Assembly: GCA_965207225.1 (NCBI GenBank)
Contig: CBDBLV010000005.1
Location: 320,001 to 384,000 of the forward strand
Source of the DNA: Dehalococcoidia bacterium
GTDB taxonomy: Bacteria > Chloroflexota > Dehalococcoidia > Plut-88900
Length of the DNA: 64,000 nucleotides
Direction: 5' to 3'
Shown here: piece by piece, positions 56,252 to 64,000 of the stretch
Layout of the letters: each line of letters opens with the position of its first letter
Numbering within the stretch: the first letter of the stretch is position 1
Program-made: the position numbers and the translations under genes
Notes under the pieces: model-generated
Databases searched by the model: none
The model's input: the letters and a program-made list of their open reading frames with translations, nothing else
What the model was told of the DNA's origin: nothing

Positions 56252-58139
56252 CCCAAATCCACCGCCTAAAGGTAGGAATCTGATTTTCTGACCTTTCGGT
56301 TGGGCCGGTGGGGGCGTCGATTGGCTACTGACAGGGTTAGCAGTGGTTTGGCGGGGCCGATGGTGGACGTATGAGGGTCTTGGGGTGCTGCTTTACGATG
56401 TTTTGCGTCGATTTTGAGCCGTTTGGCCTCGTAGGAGGACGCAGCGTCCCTACGACGGTTATCCACGTCGCTTGACCGATAGGCTGTGGCGCGGACCGTC
56501 TCAGATTCAGGGAGGGCCGTGAGCCAGCGCCGCTATTCTCCGGTGTGCCCCGACCAGCAGCGGGAACGATGGATGACCTCGCGCCAGTCGGATCAGCAGC
56601 TTCCTGGCATGGTAGACCACTCGACCGGCAAGGTCGATCAGAGCGAAGCGCACCGCCTTGAGCCGCTTGGTCACCCACTCATCACCCAGCGCCAACTGCT
56701 TGACCGCCGAGTTCAGGTTGAACGCCAGCACCGTTATCGCCCACCACGCTGCGTTGGCTCCGAACTGTCCCGACGGCAGTCTCCCGCCCGCCAGGTCCTC
56801 CTTCAGCACACTATGGACCTCCTCGCCTTTCCCGCATCTCTCACGGTACCACCGCACAACCTCGTCTCCCGGAAGCTCCCGGTTCGTCACTATCCCGCTG
56901 ATCTTGTACCAGCCGTGGTTCGGCATCTGCATGACCGGAACCGACAGCTCAAACTCACTCTCCATGCCCGGTAGCGGCGGTCGCCTCAGAGGTTCTCTGA
57001 CGGCTATGAAACGGTAGGCGGGACCCTCCTTGTAGCGACCTAATCGACTGGACATGAAGCCCACCTCGGCCCACTCCTGCCCCGTCTCCACCTCGAACTC
57101 CCCCATCATCCGGGGCAACTGACGCCACTCGCTCTCTTCCACCAGCGCCGCCTCATGCTTGAACTCGTCCGTGACGCGTACCCCAATCGCGAACTCGATC
57201 ACTCCGAACCGTTCGTCTCTCCCCTCGGCGCAGTACTCCAGAAGATCGTTCTGGTAGCCTGCCGTGTCGGACCGCAGCATCACCCGCTCCACTCCCTCGG
57301 GTACGCACTCCAACGCGTCTCGCAACACTCGTAGCTGCTCAAATCCCGCAGGAACGTTGCCGTCTCTGAACTCCGAGTGGACGACCAGGTCCGCCTCGGC
57401 CCAGTATGTCGTTAGCGGCTGATAGGCTTTGAATCCCTTGTAGCAGTAGAGCGCCTCCTGCTTGTGAGTCTCGACCAGCGTCGCGTCCATATCCAGTGTC
57501 GCCTGCCTATGCCCGACGTGGCCCTGGACAAAGCCCACCATCTCGGCGTTGACCTTCCCAAGTCCGTCCAGCGCGTCGTTGGCCTGGGGTATGAACGCCG
57601 TATGAGGCTGCCTCGCCTCCTCCTGGGATGCGTCGTGGAACTGGCTCAGATACCGGAACACCGCCGATGGAGACGGCACATAGCGGTGTCGGTCACGCCG
57701 CCACCGGTTGCGCACCGCCCTGCGCTCCGAAGCTCGCTGCCGGTGGGTCTCCACCCTTCCCAACATCCGGCCAAGGCCCTCGTCCGCCTCCAGCACGCGA
57801 AGGTCGTCCACCCCTTCGCCGCCCGCCAGGTTCAACAGCGTCAGTGAGGTGACCATCTGACGGTCCGTCCAACCCTGGCCTCCCTCTCTGACCCTCACGT
57901 GGCGTCTGATCGACTCGCCAAGGCCGATTGCCTCGGCCATCTCCAGGTAGACTGCCAACCCCGATAGCGCCGTCATGCCCCCGATGCGGTTCTCTGCCCT
58001 GTACTGGAACGGTAGGACTCCATGTTGCATAATAACTGCACCTCGTTGGTGATGGTTTGGGATTGTCACTTACCATCTTAGTCAGCTTTGCAGCCGACTC
58101 CAACGAGGTATTCTCATTCAATTAGGCGGTGGATTTGGG
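56252..58139 (-). mobile_element. Complete IS1380-family insertion sequence
   Basis: Perfect 18-bp TIRs (CCCAAATCCACCGCCTAA at 56252-56269, reverse complement at 58122-58139); CCAA duplicated at 56248-56251 and 58140-58143. Confidence 0.9.
56507..58030 (-). CDS. IS1380-family DDE transposase
   Basis: LDMDAT, YQPL, FRDGN, LRSDTA, Y-x-x-R...E-x-x-H-x-x-LK, F-x-ANAAW. Confidence 0.9.
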   Translation of the reverse strand: MQHGVLPFQYRAENRIGGMTALSGLAVYLEMAEAIGLGESIRRHVRVREGGQGWTDRQMVTSLTLLNLAGGEGVDDLRVLEADEGLGRMLGRVETHRQRASERRAVRNRWRRDRHRYVPSPSAVFRYLSQFHDASQEEARQPHTAFIPQANDALDGLGKVNAEMVGFVQGHVGHRQATLDMDATLVETHKQEALYCYKGFKAYQPLTTYWAEADLVVHSEFRDGNVPAGFEQLRVLRDALECVPEGVERVMLRSDTAGYQNDLLEYCAEGRDERFGVIEFAIGVRVTDEFKHEAALVEESEWRQLPRMMGEFEVETGQEWAEVGFMSSRLGRYKEGPAYRFIAVREPLRRPPLPGMESEFELSVPVMQMPNHGWYKISGIVTNRELPGDEVVRWYRERCGKGEEVHSVLKEDLAGGRLPSGQFGANAAWWAITVLAFNLNSAVKQLALGDEWVTKRLKAVRFALIDLAGRVVYHARKLLIRLARGHPSFPLLVGAHRRIAALAHGPP

Positions 58140-58268
58140 CCAAGAAAAGGCAGCGTTTCCATTGATGATCAGCAGCCATCAGGAGTATGATGAGGGCAGA
58201 ACGGTCTTGAGCACACATAGGACGCTGAGAGTTGCCCGAAGGCCGTAGCCATGTCAGAGGGGAGCGTC

Positions 58269-58535
58269 ATGATTGCGAACGTGAAGGCCAAGTACTCCAA
58301 CGGCGTTCTCACGCCCCTGGAGCCCTTGGACATTGCCGAGGGAGCGGAAGTGGCCCTGGTGATTGAGGAGATTCCCGTTCAAGCCGCGGCGAAGGGCGCG
58401 AATGCTATCGGAGACATGTCAATGTTGGCCAGGCACCTCATTGAGAAGTACCCGGATGACGGACGAGACCGACCCACCGATGGCTCTGTCAACTACAAAC
58501 ACTACATGTACGGTCATCCGAAGAAGGAACCGTAA
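58269..58535 (+). CDS. DUF104/AF2212-like antitoxin
   Basis: KAKYSNGVL-x-PLEPL-x-x-x-EG...DGS-x-NYKHY-x-YG; coupled to a PIN gene. Confidence 0.8.
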   Translation: MIANVKAKYSNGVLTPLEPLDIAEGAEVALVIEEIPVQAAAKGANAIGDMSMLARHLIEKYPDDGRDRPTDGSVNYKHYMYGHPKKEP

Positions 58536-58957
58536 TGCGTGTGGTGTTCGCTGACAGTGGATATTGGATCGCACTACTCGACAACCGAGACGACCTTCAC
58601 GCCCGCGCACTCGACTTGAGCTCAGAATCCATCGCGGACCAACTGGTCACGACCCATATGGTTGTGGTCGAGGTACTCAATTTCGCATCGACCCGTGGCG
58701 AGTACATGCGACAGCGTGCAACTGAATGGGCGAAGAGTCTTCGTGGCAGACCAAGCATTGAGGTTGTCTGGCTTACTGAGGACCAGTTTTGGACAGCGGT
58801 GGGACGATACGAGGCACGCCAGGATCAGACCTGGAGCCTAACGGACTGCGCGAGCTTCCTCATAATGGAAGAACGTGACCTGACTGAGGCGCTCGCCTAC
58901 GACCGAGACTTTGAGCAGGCTGGATTCGTCGCCCTGCTGAGAGGCAGTCACGAGTGA
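58535..58957 (+). CDS. vapC: VapC PIN-domain toxin
   Basis: VFADSGYWIAL...WSLTDCASF...D-x-DFEQAGF. Confidence 0.9.
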   Translation: MRVVFADSGYWIALLDNRDDLHARALDLSSESIADQLVTTHMVVVEVLNFASTRGEYMRQRATEWAKSLRGRPSIEVVWLTEDQFWTAVGRYEARQDQTWSLTDCASFLIMEERDLTEALAYDRDFEQAGFVALLRGSHE

Positions 58958-59071
58958 CGCAAAATGCTGGGATTGTGAATGCGTGCGCCCCATTGAATAT
59001 GCTGGAAGCCACGATAGGCGCAACGCTGGTAGGCAGCCCAAGAGAGACCACGCAACATCGTTTCGGTGGGT

Positions 59072-60709
59072 TTACAGACTGCCCAGCCTCAATTCGAAGA
59101 CGGTTCTGTCTACCGTCAAAATAGGCCCACCATCACGTTCTGTACTCATAACTCGTCCGGTCAGATCGACTTGCGCGGAATCCGCTCCCTTGATTGGACT
59201 ATCCTCTGGCGTCGGAATCGAGTAGACAATGACGGCCTTGCCCGGCCTGACTTCTATTTCCTTGACGAAGGACTGGACGAAGGCTCTGGTTTCTGTCACC
59301 TCGCTGCTCTTGAGGAACTCGCTCATCTCTTCTGCGAAGGCGGCGATGGTGTCGGCGCTGTCCAAAAACTGGCGGCGCTCTACCAATATCTTCCTCGCCT
59401 CCTCAGCGGCTATCTCCAGCCGCTCCTTGTTTGCCCGGTGCTCCCTGATGCGGTCCGCAGCATCTGTCATCTCGATGTCGCTGGTCTCTATGACATGCCA
59501 GATGCGGCCCAGCTTGCGCTTGACACCCTCCAGCTCTTTCTCCAGGGCCTCAAGCCTCTTTCTTTGCTGTCTCGCCACCCCATCCATCTCCTCGTCCAAT
59601 AACCTCACCAGGTCGCGGATATTCGACTCAGTGAGAACATTATTCCTGATCTGGTCGATTATGAGTTTCTCGAAGATCCTCGCGTTCAGCCTGGGCGTAT
59701 CGCAGGCCTCCGGTCCCTGCTTGAGCAAGGTTTGGCAAACATAGTAGTTGTACCTGCCACTCTTGGCCTCGCCCGCGGTCAGGGCCTTGCCGCAAACATC
59801 GCACCTCACCATCCCGCTCAACAGGTAGGGGCTTGAGGCCTGCCTGGGGTGCACCCGCGAGGGAGCTCGGGACCCCAAGAGTTTCTTTACACGGCGGTAC
59901 TCAGCCTTGGTCACGATTGCCGGGAAGGCGTTCTCCACCCTCACCGGGGGAGCGCCGTCCCTGGCCTCGGTACCCCACACCAGCGTCCCGGTGTAGACCT
60001 CATTGTCGAGTATGGACTGGATGGTTGTCTTGATCCACTTCCTGCCCTTGCGGGTGGGTATGCCCTCGGAGTTCAGGGTCCTGGTCACGTCCAGGAGGCT
60101 CCTGCCCTGGAGCGCCATCTCGAAGATGCGCCGCACCACGGCGTCGGCGGGCGGGTCAAGCTCCAGCTTGGGCCTCTTCTTTGCCCCGTCCTGGACGTAT
60201 ACCCTCCGGTAGCCATAAGGGGCCGTACCAGTAACCCAGAAACCACGGGACGACGCCTCTCGCATCCCCCTCGTAACCTCCTGGGCCAGATTCTCCGAGT
60301 AGAACTCGTCCACGCTCTCGATGATGGCCTCCATAAGCTTGCCTGTGGGGGTATCGTCGGCATGCTCGGTGATGGACACCACCCTGATGCCTCTCCGTCT
60401 TAGCATGGACTTGAAGGCAACCGCATGTTCCCGCTTGCGGGTGAACCGGGAGAACTTCCAGACCAGGATCTCCCGGAACGGGGCCTCCGGCCTGCCTGCC
60501 TCGTCCAGCATCCTCTGGAACTGGGGCCTGTGGGATATACGCCCGCTCTCGGCCTCATCAACGTATTCGCGTACGACGAGATAGCCGTTCCTCTTGGCAT
60601 GGTCCCTCAGCGCCCTCAACTGGGCGGCCACCGACAGGTCCACGTCCTGCCGGTCGCTGGACACGCGGGCGTAGAGGGCCGCCGGTATCAATTCGCTGTC
60701 TATTCTCAT
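59072..60709 (-). CDS. Large serine recombinase (integrase) 2
   Basis: YARVSS, SRFTR, PYGY, LLSG-x-x-x-CDVCG, YYVC, coiled coil. Confidence 0.95.
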   Translation of the reverse strand: MRIDSELIPAALYARVSSDRQDVDLSVAAQLRALRDHAKRNGYLVVREYVDEAESGRISHRPQFQRMLDEAGRPEAPFREILVWKFSRFTRKREHAVAFKSMLRRRGIRVVSITEHADDTPTGKLMEAIIESVDEFYSENLAQEVTRGMREASSRGFWVTGTAPYGYRRVYVQDGAKKRPKLELDPPADAVVRRIFEMALQGRSLLDVTRTLNSEGIPTRKGRKWIKTTIQSILDNEVYTGTLVWGTEARDGAPPVRVENAFPAIVTKAEYRRVKKLLGSRAPSRVHPRQASSPYLLSGMVRCDVCGKALTAGEAKSGRYNYYVCQTLLKQGPEACDTPRLNARIFEKLIIDQIRNNVLTESNIRDLVRLLDEEMDGVARQQRKRLEALEKELEGVKRKLGRIWHVIETSDIEMTDAADRIREHRANKERLEIAAEEARKILVERRQFLDSADTIAAFAEEMSEFLKSSEVTETRAFVQSFVKEIEVRPGKAVIVYSIPTPEDSPIKGADSAQVDLTGRVMSTERDGGPILTVDRTVFELRLGSL

Positions 60710-60773
60710 TGATTCACTCCCCTCCCTGAATCAGGATCGAAGGTTTTGATCTTCCATTCCTCTCTGGTTCCGG

Positions 60774-61205
60774 TCATTCCAGCAGCTTCTTGTTGGTGAA
60801 TCGCTCGTACATCTCTACTATGAAGCGCTTGGCACTGAGGGAGAGGGGACCGTATGGCCGGGTCCCCACCCGGAATACGGGGTCGTCTAGAACGTACCGG
60901 TAGGCCCGCTCCACCTCCAGGGCTTCCTCGCCGTAGGGGTCGGGTCTGCGGGTGTGTCCTGCTCGTTTCATCAGCTCCCCCCGGTCCACGTTGTACACGT
61001 CGGCCAGCTTGCCGATGATGTTAGAGCCCGGCCTGCGGTCTCCCCTCTCTATCTGGGAGAGGTAGGATGCGGAGATACCAGTGCGCTGCATAATGTCCCT
61101 CAGGCTCAGTTCTCCCCGCAGCCGCCGGAGCAGGGGCCCGATCTCCTCGTTGCCCTCTATCTCCCTGCTGACTTCAGGGTCCCGGTTGTCGCCAGGTTCG
61201 TCCAT
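60774..61205 (-). CDS. XRE-family repressor
   Basis: LSLRDI-x-x-RTGISASYLSQIERG. Confidence 0.9.
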   Translation of the reverse strand: MDEPGDNRDPEVSREIEGNEEIGPLLRRLRGELSLRDIMQRTGISASYLSQIERGDRRPGSNIIGKLADVYNVDRGELMKRAGHTRRPDPYGEEALEVERAYRYVLDDPVFRVGTRPYGPLSLSAKRFIVEMYERFTNKKLLE

Positions 61206-61481
61206 GGTGGTTCCCCCTGCGCCGCCTCATGAGCGGACGTTTATGGTATAAAGCCTCCTGCTGGAATGATGCAATATAATTGTTACACAGTTGGCACTAA
61301 TTGGCAAGCATTTTGGAGCATAAGCTTCAATACAGCGGTTATCATCTTGTGAATCACACTGCTAATTATTACACTTACGCTAACATAGTAATTATTCTAT
61401 ATGGTTCATTCCAGTATACGGCAGGAAAGGATTTCCGGGCTGCCCTCGCGGCGGTCCGGACCATCGGGAGCACCGGATCCA
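61206..61481. promoter_or_regulatory. AT-rich divergent promoter/operator region
   Basis: TAATT(G/A)TTACAC at 61277-61288 and 61363-61374 between divergent HTH genes. Confidence 0.55.
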
Positions 61482-61655
61482 ATGAGCGGCAGGCGGAAGC
61501 AAAGACTCACGGCGAGGCAGGAGCGCCAGCGCATCGAAGGGCTGCGAGTCCTGGCCCGCATTATTGCCCGCCACTACCTCTCCAACCCTCGCCTTTACGA
61601 CAACGGGGCGGTTCCGAAAGGGCTTGAGGCGGCCCGCAAGGAGGAACAACCATGA
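61482..61655 (+). CDS. Small hypothetical protein
   Basis: GGAG RBS; stop overlaps the next ATG. Confidence 0.55.
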   Translation: MSGRRKQRLTARQERQRIEGLRVLARIIARHYLSNPRLYDNGAVPKGLEAARKEEQP

Positions 61656-61891
61656 AGCGCAGGCAACCCTCATCAAAGGTCCGGCTCAACACGCGGAGGG
61701 TCTGGGAGCTGCTAAACCGGCTCAACATGTCCCAGAACGAGCTGGCTGCCAGGGCAGGCACTTCCTCGGGCTACCTCTCCCAGCTTATTTCCGGTACCCG
61801 TCGGCCCTCGCCGTCCCTTCGCAAGCGGCTCATGGAGGCATTGGGCGTCACCCGGTTCGACGACCTGTTTATCCTCGAGGTCGTGGAGTGA
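61652..61891 (+). CDS. XRE-family HTH protein (cassette gene A')
   Basis: SQNELAARAGTSSGYLSQL; homologue of 33355..33645. Confidence 0.85.
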   Translation: MKRRQPSSKVRLNTRRVWELLNRLNMSQNELAARAGTSSGYLSQLISGTRRPSPSLRKRLMEALGVTRFDDLFILEVVE

Positions 61892-62220
61892 GAAGCGGCC
61901 TCCTGCCTCCCCACCTTATCATCGAGGACGGCCTCTTGCCGGAGGATTTTGCAGGGCGCATCGAGGCCTTTAAGGAGGCGACCGGCCTTTCCTGGAATGC
62001 ACTGGCCGCCTGCCTGGGAGTGGATCCCCGCCAGCTTCAGCGCTGGCGCAGGGGCACCAAGCCCAGCGGGGACGGCCTGTGCGCCCTTATCCTTCTTGCC
62101 GCCCGCATACCGGGCGGGGTTCGCATCCTTATGGGGGTGGACGTGATGCAGCCCTTGGAGACGCATCAACCTTCCTACGTTCTGGGACTCGGCCGGTATG
62201 GGAACCATCGGGAGGGTTAG
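61888..62220 (+). CDS. XRE-like HTH protein (cassette gene B')
   Basis: GTGA overlap start; LPEDF...FKEATGLSW...ARIPGG. Confidence 0.75.
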   Translation: MRSGLLPPHLIIEDGLLPEDFAGRIEAFKEATGLSWNALAACLGVDPRQLQRWRRGTKPSGDGLCALILLAARIPGGVRILMGVDVMQPLETHQPSYVLGLGRYGNHREG

Positions 62221-62231
62221 GGCCTTTGGGG

Positions 62232-62522
62232 GTGCAGCATCGGGTCCGCAGACCCATTCAGTTCGACTTCCCGGCCGACTTTCCCGAGCGTTTGGCACTC
62301 TTCAAGGAGGCCAGTGGGCTGAGCTGGAGGGAACTGGCCCGGCTCCTGGGGGTCAGGCCCTACCGGCTCTGGCAGTGGCGGAAAAGGAGGGTGGTGCCCA
62401 ACGCCACCCACCTCTTCCTGCTGTTGACTGTGGCCGAGGCGATGGGGCTGCGGGACGGGGCCCTGATGTGTGCCGAGCGGGACCTGCCCGCGGGTGGGGA
62501 CCTGGGGGACCCTCAGCGATGA
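62232..62522 (+). CDS. XRE-like HTH protein (cassette gene C')
   Basis: DFPERL-x-x-FKEASGLSWRELARLLGV. Confidence 0.7.
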   Translation: MQHRVRRPIQFDFPADFPERLALFKEASGLSWRELARLLGVRPYRLWQWRKRRVVPNATHLFLLLTVAEAMGLRDGALMCAERDLPAGGDLGDPQR

Positions 62523-62983
62523 TGTGTCTGATGGAAATCGGCCCTGCCGGTCTGAGCAAAAGAGCCTATCCCTGTGGAATTGAGAATGAGGTTGAACTCG
62601 TCGTCTGTCTGATTTTTCTTGTCGGGCCTTTGCTGCACTCGAATGGTCAATCGTCCATCTCCCGCAACGGCCAGAGTGGGGTTTAGGATATCTCGGCTTT
62701 CCAAAAGGCTCTGTACCGAGAAGTCTAGTGTCGGGAGGGTGCGCAGCAGGTGGTGCCGCTCCAGGGAAATGCCTGAAATGATCAACTCGCGACCATGTCC
62801 ACCTTCATCGAAGACACCGACAGCCCCATACCGGGCGTTGGTCAGCGAATGGGCCCCTTCCACGACCTCCTGAAGCACGGTGTCGAGGTCCCAACTCTCG
62901 GTGATGCGACGGTTGACCTCGCTTAGCTTGGCAAGCCGAGTGCGCAACTTGTCAATCTCCCGGACTTCCAAGTCATTCCACAT
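62513..62983 (-). pseudogene. Truncated GAF-domain sensor/regulator remnant
   Basis: RL-x-x-LSE-x-x-RRI-x-ES-x-DLDTVLQEVV...ARYGA; GAF-like similarity decays after ~85 aa; no output domain. Confidence 0.55.
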
Positions 62984-63333
62984 AATTGACGGTTTCGCTT
63001 CTAATCTATTGCACGGAGCTGCGATGGTACGTGAAGAGCTTTCACAAAAGTACTCTAAGTTTTCACGGGCTCTTTCACGTAAAAGGGGTTGATTTTCACG
63101 CCTATTTCACAGCCCTCCTCTATGTTGAACGACATCAAGATTCCAGGAGGGGCGTCAGATGAATAGATTGTTAGTCAGAGACCAACGTATCCGGCCAAGG
63201 CCATGTACCTATCTAGGCTCCTGCAAGACGAAGATTGATTAATGATCGTGTTACTTTGCTTCTCGCTTTGCAGGAGCCGAACAACAAAAGATGAAGGACA
63301 TAGGCAAATGAGGCTTCAAATACCTAGTCGAAA

Positions 63334-64000
63334 ATGAGAAGTCCAATGAGTACAACGATCAAGCTCACCGCAATTCTGACACTAGCAATAGCTGTGATCT
63401 TGGGTTTCCATGTGGTAACCGCGCAGATGGTCGCAGCTGAAGGCCCTGATGAACCTCGGCTCCAAGGAGAGGGTGTAATTACCTATAATCCGCCTAATAG
63501 ACCCGCCTTGATGGACCCTGTTCGCAGTGTCGTTCAGGGCACTCGCGTGGATGGTGAATGCGTCATCACTTACACTGTATCGATAAACTCCAATGAACCA
63601 TCCAAAGTCACTCGTACGGTGGCCTTCAATCCGATCACATGTGAAGAACTTATTGAACAAGGAACATTGAGTCAGCAAGAGACCGAGGTGGATGGGTCCC
63701 CTACGAAGGAAACCACACCGAAGGACGAAGGAATTGGCACAGATTCTCAAGGCGGAGCAACTTATTCTGCGTCCTCTCTCCCAAGAAAGACCAAAACTTT
63801 CAAGGCAACTTGGGAGGATCCCGTTCACCTTGATGTGAATTGGCAAAAGACCAAAATGACATGGGAGTATGACAGCGAGAATAACATTGTTAATTACTTG
63901 AGCGGTCTGTGCACATGGTACTGGCTAACCACCACGGGGTGGACGGCAGACCCGGACGAGGAATGTAAACAATACTCGCAGGCTAACGGGTCTCGGCACG
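63334..64000 (+). CDS. Secreted hypothetical protein (runs off the window)
   Basis: Open frame from ATG 63334/63346 to the window end; signal peptide MSTTIKLTAILTLAIAVILG. Confidence 0.65.
   Translation, partial: MRSPMSTTIKLTAILTLAIAVILGFHVVTAQMVAAEGPDEPRLQGEGVITYNPPNRPALMDPVRSVVQGTRVDGECVITYTVSINSNEPSKVTRTVAFNPITCEELIEQGTLSQQETEVDGSPTKETTPKDEGIGTDSQGGATYSASSLPRKTKTFKATWEDPVHLDVNWQKTKMTWEYDSENNIVNYLSGLCTWYWLTTTGWTADPDEECKQYSQANGSRH

Larger units (their letters stand above)
27299..64000. mobile_element. Integrative (putatively conjugative) element / composite island; other boundary outside the window
   Basis: Serine recombinase at the junction with the broken host gene; T4SS-like genes, TA modules, IS and a second recombinase. 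Confidence 0.8.

Noticed and set aside
59040-59135. tRNA gene ending in CCACCA
   Set aside because: No T-loop or acceptor-stem pairing upstream
63382-63846. 154-aa minus-strand ORF
   Set aside because: The plus strand has a longer open frame with a signal peptide running off the window

Overview
High-GC bacterial chromosome segment. Gene content suggests Chloroflexota (Dehalococcoidia/SAR202-like, possibly host- or sponge-associated); this is inference only. Bases ~1-27,170 are mostly core metabolism: a 2-oxoacid dehydrogenase E1a/E1b/E2 operon, MazG, a CoA-transferase III, an M20 hydrolase, an HpaB/AbfD-family flavoprotein, a DUF1445+DUF4392 pair, YyaL, YgfZ, IscA and two tandem acetyl-CoA hydrolase/transferase paralogues, plus a lone HNH nuclease and a small-protein/aspartic-protease pair. 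At ~27,300 a large integrative element begins. Its large serine recombinase ends exactly on the orphaned last 44 codons of a third CoA-transferase paralogue, which marks the att junction. The element carries a toxin-antitoxin cluster (2x VapBC, HigBA, a second small-protein/protease pair), a three-gene HTH cassette and a minimal T4SS (VirD4-, VirB4-, VirB6-like, two pilins, PrgI-like) with a tandem-duplicated replication-relaxation protein instead of a recognisable HUH relaxase. It also carries a divergent region of unknown genes separated by strand-specific hairpin arrays and a repeated leader motif, a 4xHTH protein, Calx-beta and cadherin surface proteins, a complete IS1380 (18-bp TIRs, CCAA target duplication) and another TA pair. 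A second serine-recombinase module with a repressor switch carries an inverted second copy of the three-HTH cassette. The element's other end is not in the window. No rRNA, tRNA or CRISPR array was found. All product calls come from motif recognition, not database searches.
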